The notes under the pieces: model-generated
Database searches by the model: none
What the model saw: only the letters and a program-made list of their open reading frames with translations
Told to the model about the DNA's origin: nothing
Program-made: the position numbers and the translations under genes
DNA from: Macrostomum lignano
Lineage: Eukaryota
Direction: 5' to 3'
NCBI GenBank assembly: GCA_002269645.1
Contig: NIVC01001503.1
Coordinates: 1 to 64,000, forward strand
Length of the DNA: 64,000 nt
Shown: positions 47,491 through 58,634 of the stretch, in pieces
How positions within the stretch are numbered: position 1 is the first letter of the stretch
Layout of the letters: each line of letters starts with the position of its first letter

Positions 47491-48339
47491 CATCCATTTG
47501 ATTTAGAATACTATTGAATTCTGACTTTATCAAGTGGCTACTAGCAGTAGGTTATAACGAAATTAACTACGAAAACATTTTATTGCTTTGAATACTATTA
47601 TTTCTTTAGTACTTAAGGTCGGCTGAAAAGCCTGATGTTAGCTTTTTCCTACTCACCCGTAGGAATTGCCGTTCTATCGCCTACAAAAAATAACACATTT
47701 GTTCACCCATGAGGTCCTATTCAATTAGGAGTTTTTTATATCTTATGAGGATATGGTGACTGCTTTGAAAACTATTACATAGTCACCTTTGTTTTTTAAG
47801 CTGACAGTCAGCATTAGCGTGTTTCCTGTATGCTCATCCTGTTTGTATTATTACCGAGGCGAAGGGATCGCAACGGTACTGGATGAAGATCTCTGCTTCT
47901 CTCCTTGTCCGAAGCGCAGGTGCAATTTCGAGCAGGAAAATAAGCCAGTAGGCAATCGACTCTTTCTGGTTTGCTAATCTTGACATCCTCTCTCGGGTGC
48001 TTCTTCCTTTTGCTAATTGCCCCCCTCCTGACCTGCTATTTCAAAAGTTGCTCGCCCTGCAAACGCAAGGGTGAGGTTCTCAGTGCTAGCGGGGCTGAGG
48101 AGGAAAAACAAGGCGGAGGTGAGCTGATGCGTCCCTATAATTTTAACCAGCTCCGGTTCTCAAGTTTGAAATTATTCTACCCTTTCCTTGTTCTCGAGAA
48201 AATTAGTTCGTCTTCGACACTTGTGTTTTGCGTATGTCAGTCGCTGTCTGAAAGTGTCATAAAAATAAACAAGTTTTAGAGTTGGCTGACTCAAATTCTT
48301 GTTAGTACCTTCAGGCTATTTTGCGAACTGATTTCTGAT

Positions 48340-48488
48340 TTTACAGCTGAGTGAACTGAAGCAATTCAAAGTTAAGAGGACAAGTGGTTAATTGGCTCAA
48401 GGATAAATTGTTTCGATTTGAGTCCGGAATCGAACCCCCAACCTTTCAGTCGTCAGTCTGACGTTCTAACCACTAGGCTACGACCCCA
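48340..48488 (-). mobile_element. 5' half of CORE-type SINE
   Basis: ttttacagctgagtgaactgaagcaa...gaatcgaaccc...ctaaccactaggctacgacccc. Confidence 0.75.
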
Positions 48489-50656
48489 CTAGTACTGGCT
48501 AGTATTGAAAACTAAAAGGGAAAGAAGACTGAAATGAAGCTGAAACAATCTCCTTTTATCTACGAAATCTTGTGGCGCAAGCATCCACTATTAGTTATTA
48601 ATTATCGCATTGGCTTTGATGCATACAGCCGCAGTCATCTATCCATCCCCCTCTGCTGATGGCTGCACACTGCAGAGCGGCTTCAATCGGCCAACTGTCA
48701 GGGCTTCCTAGGAAAAGAGCAGCCCTTTGCTTTTGCCATTAGCTAATTTCATGCATATCTACTATAAGGATTCTGTGCTGCTGATGACGGCTTTCGCAGT
48801 TTTCTGGTCCAAGTATAGCGCCGAATTTCTATTTGCATTCTTTGCTCGCTCGGGGATTGCAGTCCCGATCCTTGAATTATGGCGGCCCACCCGTTTCGGA
48901 CCCCGACGGATGGAGCTAAATCCAGGCCCGCTGGCGGATTTCGGCGCGTCAGTGCCGTAGCGCCTCACTGACTGCATGGCCAATGAGCTTAGTTGAGCAG
49001 CGGCAGCTCTTGAGCAGCGCTAATCCATTTCGACACTTGACCGAGTTTCCAAACCAAACTAGAGAGAAGCCGCTGAGCTGTTGTCAGCCACTTGTTCGCC
49101 GAATTGCTTCGTGTTTTCTGCGGCCAGCAAAAATCCTATCCCAAATTTATGTTCGGTGATGTCGAGCACCTTCTCGGTCTACTTCAGATCTAACGCTGTT
49201 ATAAAAACTGCATTAGTACTCCAAGTGCCTCTCGGGGGGAAGACGGTGATTTGAGAGATTGACCAAGACCCGAAGTGGAAGCTGCTGATGGTCTTAACGA
49301 GGCCTATATATGACCGAATTCCCGATTGGTTCAGTGTGGACAAGGGGCAGTCGGCCAAGTGAATCCAATCTTCCTCCATTCTCAGTGTGGATCACTGCTA
49401 TGGTCAAGATATCAACAGTTCGAGACTGCGCGTGCCTTGAATGTGAAGCCACTGGATCTAATCTAGGCCCTCAAGCTCCCAGGCGACTGTAGTATCTTAG
49501 GAAAATAACCTGGCGTCCTTTAGTATCACCACCTAATTTTAAACTAACATTTCGTCATTAAAGGTTCTTCATAACCATGCAGTTCCTTGGTATCATTATC
49601 GGTTTGTGTCCCCTTGCCGTCACTTTCTGATTCTTAGATTGCTTTTGGCTTTTCGCTTTGGCTTTGGATTTGGATTTTGGCTTCAAGCAGGGAATCCAAC
49701 CTTGGGACTTGTGCGTAGTGCCTGGCGACCCGCAAGGTGCAAAGTATGCACACCGCCTTGCCATGAGAAAGTCGGAGTAGATGTACACATGTGAGCAGAG
49801 GCCAATATAGCATGAGCATAGCGAATAGTTTCTTCGCTGACTGTCGTCCAAAGTTGCTCGTCATTAATATTGGCGCACTTAACTAACTCAATAGATGCAC
49901 TTTTTTATTTACTTCTGACTTTATCAACTCTATCAATAAACTCGTCTGAAGATCTGAACTGCTCATAACTAACCCCAGAAAAGTGCGAAATGAATAACAA
50001 AACAATTAATGGGCTTCCAAATACAAAACCAGACTAAATGAATAGATTGTCTCGCCGCCTGATTTTTCCGGTATACCGGCCAACCCCTGTGTTCATAAAT
50101 TTGAATTTAGCGCCCAGCCATCCGTTGTTGGCATGGTTACGGGTCATGCCTGTCCATTGAAGCGTATAGCCATAGTTGAGAAGTCTCTTTTTACCGGAAA
50201 TGCTTTATCGCCCGTTTCATTGGGTGGCCGCTCCCGGGCGCCCGCGGCCGGCCATTCCTGGCCAGATGTAGAGAGCAATAGTATAGGCCGTCGCCATCCA
50301 TCACAGCTGTCACTAAATGCGTCTGCACTGGTCAGGGTCGCCTAAGTCCGAAGCTGGCCTGGCCACCGGGATTGGGCGGGTCGCCAGGAAGCTGCCCGAG
50401 TTGGAATGAATGGCGATGTCACCTATTGCACCCCGGGGCGTCTGGCCGCAATCTGGGTTTTCGGCCGGGGTTGCATGGCGCCGCATTGGAGGGGGGAGCT
50501 ATAATTGATGCCAACTCGAGGCCAACCGGTGTGTCCTTTGGTGTATCCTTTTTCAACTCGCGTATGCGCTGCGACCGACACTCCGGTCCCTAGGTACAGC
50601 AACAAAAATAAAAGTGCAACAATGACTACTATTCAATTCCAGTTTTCCATCTAAGC

Positions 50657-51222
50657 CAGGGCTCGGCAAACTCCCCGGCCCGTGAAGCCTCTCAATCCGG
50701 CCCTCGGGACCTTTAAATCTTTGCAGTAGCAATCCGGCCCTCGGGTCCTTTGAAACTTCGCAATAGCAATCCGGCCCTCGGGTCCTTTGAAACTTCGCAA
50801 TAGCAATCCGGCCCTCGGGTCCTTTGAAACTTCGCAATAGCAATCCGGCCCTCGGGTCCTTTGAAACTTCGCAATAGCAATCCGGCCCTCGGGTCCTTTG
50901 AAACTTCGCAATAGCAATCCGGCCCTCGGGTCCTTTGAAACTTCGCAATAGCAATCCGGCCCGCTCAAGGTTTGAGCCTCTTCTTATGCAGTTCTTTCTC
51001 TCTCTCACCTCTCCTCTCTGCCCGTCTCTCCTCTCCGTCTCTCTCCTCTCTTCGCTCTCTCTCCTCTTTCCCCTCTGTCCTTTCTCTACTCTCCGATTTT
51101 CTCTCATCTCACCTCTCATATTTTATCATTTCTACTTTCCTCTCTCATTTCCTTTCCATGGCGCGCAGCCATGAGCTGTGTTTTCTATCTGGCCCTTGAG
51201 GCAAAAAGTTTGCAGACCCCTG
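50657..51222 (-). mobile_element. Complete hAT-type MITE with 8-bp TSD and an internal 37-bp tandem amplification
   Basis: TIRs cagggctcggcaaact / agtttgcagacccctg. TSD atctaagc at 50649-50656 and 51223-51230. About 7 copies of gcaatccggccctcgggtcctttgaaacttcgcaata at ~50690-50960. Confidence 0.9.
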
Positions 51223-53027
51223 ATCTAAGCTGTAACAATCGCCTAGAGAAATACCGAAATTTAGATCCTAGAAATCGTCAGATTTAGTGCAGAAGGATAT
51301 TGGATATCAAAATATAATTAAAGAATTATGAATCTCAGTCTACTTGTAAATATTCCACAGTACAGAGTAAGCTCAGTTTCTGGCAGCTCGCAAGCGAAAG
51401 CATTTATTCAAAAGCTGAATCGAAGCGTGCAGGTCAGGCTAAGAGAGAAAAAAAGAAATAAATTAATGCTGATAGAATTTTAACGCGAGTTCTCCTATCG
51501 CGCAGCAGACTCCCGAAGAACTGCTGCTGCAGCCAGCCGCTGCACTGGGAGTTCCCGATCCACTGCAGCCAGCCATAGGATTTGAGCCCCGGCAATGCTG
51601 CCAGAGTTAATTATACAGGATTAGCCGGGGCCCGGGACCGCACGCGACCGCGCTGCCGCAAAGGCAGCAGAATTGTGCGCCGCGACTCTGATGGGACCGC
51701 TGCGGGCTTTCGCCTGTGGTCGGGCCGATCCTAGGGAAAAATCTCACAGTGCCGCTTCACTCTGCCTCTTCCTCACCCTTCTCTCCAGCAGTTTCATCTC
51801 CCTGGAGACGTCATTTTTGCAGATTTTGTTATTTTCCATTGCATTTGTGTTCGGTGTGCTTAATAAGAGTGGAGAGCTCGCCAGTGGCCGCTGTCTATAA
51901 GGCCGCGTTGGGAAAAGTTGAGGAAATTTTTTTGTATCAAAGAATTGTTTTGTTGATTAAAACATTTTTTGTCAGAAATGAGCTCTATGAGCCAGGCGAA
52001 TACAGACAGACTGGCTGTAGCATTTGTTCCACTTCAGTATACCAGCGCTGAATACTGCATGCATTAAAATCCAACTAAAGTGCTCAGCTGACTGACTGGC
52101 TGACTGACGCTTGAGTCCGAGCTTTTGTCTTAGCCAACTCGGTGCCTGCATAACTGCTAATCCGGTAATCCCCAATGGACAACTGTCTATTAAGTAGGGA
52201 GAGAGGAGAGAGACGGAGACGCGTGCCACACATTAGACTGGCAGGCCAAATCCAATGCATATCAACCATGATTATCCTCGCTGGGAGTTACTATTATTAT
52301 ATTATAATTATATCCGTCGCTATTGAATATGATCCGCTAGCTGCAGCACTCTGCCCCAACTGAAACTGCGGCGGCCGCGATGGAGTTAGCAGCAGTGCTC
52401 GGGCCTCTGCTGCTCTATCAGAATCGATTACGGGCAATCTGTCTAACTGTCGCGTCATCGCGGCTATTAGCGAGAACGGGCACCAGCAGCCAGTGCAAGC
52501 ATGCAGCTAGAGCTGCTGCTAGTATACTATATCACGCATGACATTCGCGTCAAGCAAAACAAACTGCGATGGCATGTGATTTGTTACAGGCCGTAGAGTC
52601 CTGTTCCGCGTCAAGTTAGATTGAGGGCGAGTACGTTATTGCGGATACGAGCTACTGGTGTGGGTAACTTGGAAGCGGGCTGGAACCACTCCTAAAACTG
52701 GGCAGGAAGTGACTGACTGGCAGCATGGGTGTCTCAACGCGGACGAGTGTGGGAGTGATTTATTGCTGCAGAGAGTCTCAATGCTACTTAAATTTTCGGG
52801 CCAGCAAATGGAGACGTGACTGCGGAACACTTTGCGAAGCATCCGGCCTTGAAGAAGAAGACCCAGCAGTGAAAACTGCCCTGCCTTCCCTACAGATTGC
52901 TCAGGCCAAGCCATTTTCATATCGCTCTTTTCATATCCTCTCCAGGCGATTTTAATAACTGTGAAAGCCCCTGAACTTTAACTCGTATCAAATGCTTTTC
53001 GTTTATGCTTTACGAGTTGTAATGTAC

Positions 53028-53452
53028 ATTGGGTCAGAGCTGCTCCGAGTGACTCTGCGGTGGGTACAGTGTGGGTCAGAGCTGCTCCGAGTGACTCTGC
53101 GGTGGGTACAGTGTGGGTCAGAGCTGCTCCGAGTGACTCTGCGGTGGGTACAGTGTGGGTCGGAGCTGCTCCAAGTGACTCTGCGGTGGGTACAGTGTGG
53201 GTCGGAGCTGCTCCGAGTGACCCTGCGGTGGGTACAGTGTGGGTCAGAGCTGCTCCGAGTGACCCTGCGGTGGGTACAGTGTGGGTCGGAGCTGCTCCGA
53301 GTGACCCTGCGGTGGGTACAGTGTGGGTCAGAGCTGCTCCGAGTGACCCTGCGGTGGGTACAGTGTGAGTCAGAGCTGCTCCGAGTGACTCTCTGGTTGG
53401 TACAGTGTGGGTCAGAGCTGCTCCGAGTGACTCTGCGGTGGGTACAGTGGGT
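53028..53452. repeat. Minisatellite, 42 bp unit (tgtgggtcagagctgctccgagtgactctgcggtgggtacag)
   Basis: About 10 units. Confidence 0.95.
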
Positions 53453-53814
53453 GTAGAAGTGCATTCGAATAAATTGAAACTATAGGCAGCATTTTCAGTT
53501 TCATCCCAACTGCTCGCGACAGAACCAAGTTCCTCTGGCCGGTGATAAAATTCGAAGATAAAGAGGCCTTCAAGAAGGAGCCTGTGATTTGTGGCTAAAA
53601 ATACGCCGAACTGAAATTGAAACAGCGCTACACCTTCATCGGGCTTTGTGGACCCCCCAATCCCTGATTTTCCGTGGCGGGCAACAGCTGCAAGATTTCC
53701 GGCCATCACCTTGGGACGTGGGTCGTTCCGAATCCTAGAGGGAATATTTCCCTTTTCTCTCTTGGCTATTATTAGGTAATTTTGCGCCTAACCGTTTGGG
53801 GTACGTTTCCCATT

Positions 53815-54890
53815 GCAGATCTGACACAGCTGACCCTGAAATGCTGTTTGTGACATTACAGATCTGACACAGCCACTCTGAAATGCTGTCTGAGGCATTA
53901 CAGATCTGACACAGTTCACTCTGAAATGCTGTCTGAGGCATTACAGATCTGACACAGTTCACTCTGAAATGCTGTCTGAGACATTGCAGATCTGACACAG
54001 CTGACCCTGATCTCCTGTCTGTGACATTGCAGATCTGACACAGCTGACCCTGATCTCCTGTCTGTGACATTGCAGATCTGACACAGCTGACCCTGATCTC
54101 CTGTCTGAGAAATTACAGATCTGACACAGCTGACCCTGAACTCCTGTCTGAGAAATTACAGATCTGACACAGCTGACCCTGAACTCCTGTCTGTGACATT
54201 ACAGATCTGACACAGCTGACCCTGATCTCCTGTCTGTGACATTACAGATCTGACACAGCTGACCCTGATCTCCTGTCTGAGGCATTACAGATCTGACACA
54301 GTTCACTCTGAAATGCTGTCTGAGACATTGCAGATCTGACACAGCTGACCCTGATCTCCTTTCTGAGAAATTACAGATCTGACACAGCTGACCCTGATCT
54401 CCTGTCTGTGACATTGCAGATCTGACACAGCTGACCCTGATCTCCTGTCTGTGACATTGCAGATCTGACACAGCTGACCCTGATCTCCTGTCTGAGAAAT
54501 TACAGATCTGACACAGCTGACCCTGAACTCCTGTCTGAGAAATTACAGATCTGACACAGCTGACCCTGAACTCCTGTCTGTGACATTACAGATCTGACAC
54601 AGCTGACCCTGATCTCCTGTCTGTGACATTACAGATCTGACACAGCTGACCCTGATCTCCTGTCTGTGACATTACAGATCTGACACAGCTGACCCTGATC
54701 TCCTGTCTGTGACATTACAGATCTGACACAGTTTACTCTGAAATGCTGTCTGTGACATTACAGATCTGACACAGCTGACCCTGATCTCCTGTCTGTGACA
54801 TTACAGATCTGACACAGCTAACCCTGATCTCCTGTCTGTGACATTACAGATCTGACACAGCTGACCCTGATCTCCTGTCTGAGAAATTAC
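53815..54890. repeat. Minisatellite, 43 bp unit (cagatctgacacagctgaccctgatctcctgtctgtgacatta) with interleaved variants
   Basis: About 25 units. Two variant types recur in blocks. Confidence 0.95.
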
Positions 54891-55464
54891 ATAGCTCACG
54901 CAGATGACACCTGAGTTTCATTCACATTGACAAAAGCGTAAAAGGTGCGCTCACGAGCGTGCATTGAAATGGCATCTTTTCTGTTCCTTTTTTCTCTCTC
55001 AGTCTGAGCAACCCTATTATAGACGGAATGGCGGGTCCCGAGCATGCCTCCGCCGCATATCTATGACTGAATTCGGTGGATCGAGTCTATAAGAGTGAGG
55101 GAGATCCGGAACCAAGTGCTTAGGAACACGCTCGCACACTCATGCGTGTAATTAGAGTCGGGAGAGAGAGAAGGGGAGATGCAGTCCGAATAATGCAGCA
55201 ATGCAGAGCAATGAATTGAGACGAAGGTGAGACCGAGAGGCTCAACCCCTGGGGCGGGGGGATTCCGTTTCCCCGTGGCCGTCCAGGCCGAGCGGAAAAA
55301 ACAATTAGCGAGCCCGGGGGCCGAGAAGAAAGAAAAATTGTGTCGAAACGCGAGCATGAAAAGTGGAAATCTTGCATCTCGATGGAGGCGCAGATTGGTT
55401 TAGGTGACTGACTGACGGGCAAGTAAGCGCAAACTGCGTTCGTGCGCAAGTTTAGAATGCGGCG

Positions 55465-55520
55465 CAGTCAGTCAGTCAGTCAGTCAGTCAGTCAGTCAGT
55501 CAGTCAGTCAGTCAGTCAGT
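55465..55520. repeat. (CAGT)n microsatellite
   Basis: About 14 perfect units. Confidence 0.95.
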
Positions 55521-57654
55521 AGCGTGTTCCCTGTGGCCTACAGCACACACTGCGACCGCCACCTCTGCTGGAATGACGGCCGCAGTGAGGGGGTGGGGTC
55601 GAAAAGAATGATGGACCTGGAATGGCGCCCTGTCCCCTCTCCCCATTCGCTTCTCCCTGGCTTTCTGCTGATCCCCCACCCTTCACTCTCTTCTCTCTAT
55701 ATTGCTCTCTGCGGAAGGCTGAACCAGTCAGGGATTGGGCCGCTGAAAAGGGGGGGGCGCAGAGGGGAAGCCCCGGCTGGTTGCTGGGGCGGACCGCGGG
55801 GTCTCCCCTTCTCCTACCGACCGTTGGGATTAGTACACGCAGAGGGGCGGGACTGCGTGCAGCCGTGTGTGTGTGTGTGTGACCGCATGTGCAGCTGAGA
55901 GAGGTGGATAAAAAGCTGATCCAGTCCTGCCTCGAGGAGCCGCGCCGATCAGACCCTCCTCTGCAGCTACCCCAAGGCTCCGCCCACAGGTTCTGCGCCC
56001 CTGAACGCACGGAGAGGCCGCAGAAACCCCCGTTTCAGCATTCCCGCGTTCTCCTGTCGGGCCGTCTAGCGCAACACTGCGCGCCGGAATTCAGCGCCTT
56101 GGCTATTTTTCTCTCCAACTCTTCTTTTATTCTTATTTCATTCAGGCGCAGCTTTTTACCGCATCATCCCTCTCTCTCCCCCTCTCTCTTCACTTCTTAA
56201 GTGCCGTTCGAGGGGCCGCCGACCTCTGCAAAAATCAGATCCCCGCTTCACCTCGCCTGTGGTTCTCCGCAGCAGCATCTAAAGAGGCTCTTCACGCCTT
56301 GCACACGCGGGCCGCTGGCTAGCTAACAGGCACAGACCTCCGATCTCCGTCCCGCATGCCGCTGCTGCACTAAGTGTCCGCTGCCGCTGCGATCCTTGAA
56401 GTTGCCGCTGTCTTGAAGAAGACAAGGAGAGAGAGAGAGAGAGAGAGAGAACGAGAAAGCAGAGTAAAAGGAAGCAACATCCGAGTCTGGGCCGCCACCC
56501 TGATGAGGCTGCTAGAATGCATTGCTGGTGAGTTTAACTGCTCCGCATATTTAATTGCCACGTTTTTGTGCGCCAAACTTTCCTTCGTGCTCCTAGTTGG
56601 GGTTATTTAAGGTCACGGGCTCCGTTCTAGGCGCGCGAATCGGATACTCGCACATCTGAATATGGGTGTGCAATGCAGCGGATTGACAGAACAGACAGCG
56701 GCCGCTGGCCACAAAAGGAGATCAATGCATCCAGGGCCAAAATGCTCTCTCTGTCTCTGTCTCTTGCGTCTCAGTGGATTTGATCGCTAAGCTGCAAGTG
56801 TTCCTGACGCCGCAGACATCAATTGCGGCCACATTCATCTGAGACTCGTGCTTGAAGATTCGCCACAGATTTGCGCCCGTGATGTACAACCCACAAGGCG
56901 CAGAAAGTGTCAGGAATGTGCATAGGTGACGGATAGACAAGTCGGGGCCGCTGTGCACTCTCAGGGGTACTCAGGGCTTAGCGGAATTAACATAACTGCT
57001 TGCTTCCTCCGACAGCGTTGCTGCTCTAGCTGCCCCCCCCTCAGGTTGCTGTCCTTCATTCAGCAGGATAAAAATAGTAAATAAGAGCTGAGGGTGCGCA
57101 GCCAGTTGCCATTAGCTTGGCTGATCGAATATGCAGCCAGATGCATGCGCACCGGGCAGCCGGCGCACCCGACTGGCCCCCAGGAGGGCCGCAGGGAGCT
57201 CAATCAAATAGGCAGGCAGCTGCGTAAAAGCAGAAAGGGGGCGGAGAGGACCGCGAGACCCGCCCCGCACTTTTTGCTTGCTGCTCAAGCTTTCGCGCCC
57301 ACCCCCCTCCCTCAAACCCACCGGCGCCGGTTGACTAGCAATTTTCATGCGAAAATTGCCTGCTTGCCTGCCGGGGCACCCATGGGGCCAGCGGCGGGGC
57401 GTTGCTTGTGCTAGTTAGACTGACATACAGGCAGAGAGACAGACAAATAAATGACAGGGGAAATTGGAAATAACAGTATGCGGTCAATCAAACAATCAGT
57501 ATGGGAGCTGATTGTAAAAAAATCGATTTTTGAGCACAAGGTACATGATCAAAATATTGAGTTCACTTTCTCTAGTATTATTCAGCAATTCACTTGGCTT
57601 TGTCTTCCTCATCTCATGCCATTCAAGTCGACTTAAACACAACCAGTCACCGAA

Positions 57655-58258
57655 ACACGGCACGAAGACACGAAACAGACATCAGGCATATCAAAAAGAC
57701 ACAAAAACAGACATCAGATATATCTAAAGACACGAAACCAGACATCAGATGTATCTAGAGACACGAAACCAGACATCAGGCATATCATAAAGACACGAAG
57801 CCAGACATCAGACATATCTAAAGACACGAAACCAGACATCAGGCAGATCTAAAGACACGAAACCAGACATCAGATATATCTAAAGACACGAAACCAGACA
57901 TCAGATGTATCTAGAGACACGAAACCAGACATCAGGCATATCATAAAGACACGAAGCCAGACATCAGACATATCTAAAGACACGAAACCAGACATCAGGC
58001 ATATCTAAAGACACGAAACCAGACATCAGGCAGATCTAAAGACACGAAACCAGACATCAGATATATCTAGAGACACAAAACCAGACATCAGACATATCTA
58101 AAGACACGAAAACAGACATCAGACATATCATAAAGACACGAAGCCAGACATCAGGCAGATCTAAAGACACGAAACCAGACATCAGGCAGATCTAAAGACA
58201 CGAAACCAGACATCAGGCAGATCTAAAGACACGAAACCAGACATCAGACATATCTAAA
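57655..58258. repeat. Minisatellite, 31-32 bp unit (aaagacacgaaaccagacatcaggcagatct)
   Basis: About 19 units, ending about 375 bp upstream of the nAChR ATG. Confidence 0.93.
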
Positions 58259-58634
58259 GGCTCAACAAAGCGACGGAAGTCTACAGTAATCTCACAAGGC
58301 GCTCCTCTCCTAGCGTAAGGATCCGGCATCAGCTGCAGAATCAATTCACTCCCCTGGCTACGTCCTGTCGGTGGTAAATCTCCCCCCCCCCACTATCGAG
58401 CAGATGGGGCGCGAAAGCGACACCCAGATGCTGTTTAAGCTGCAGGCGGCACTAACTAACATCGATTGCTGCTGTTTCCTTGAAAGGCGAGCTTCTATTA
58501 CAGACTGGTTAGGTCTCTCTCTCTCTCAGTCTCAGTCTCAGTTTCACAAAGCAGAGTTCGCTGCGAATGCTCCATCGCTCTTTGACCCACCGATTAATCC
58601 TCAATCCCAACTAATATCGATTGGCGCAAGCTCG

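Noticed and set aside
53510-53680. Protein-like fragment RTKFLWPVIKFEDKEAFKKEPVICG*KYAELKLKQRYTFIGLCGPP
   Set aside because: It is short, interrupted by a stop and unassignable without a database search.
880-58258. CRISPR-like appearance of the 30-45 bp repeats
   Set aside because: Units are directly head-to-tail without unique spacers, the context is eukaryotic, and there are no cas genes.
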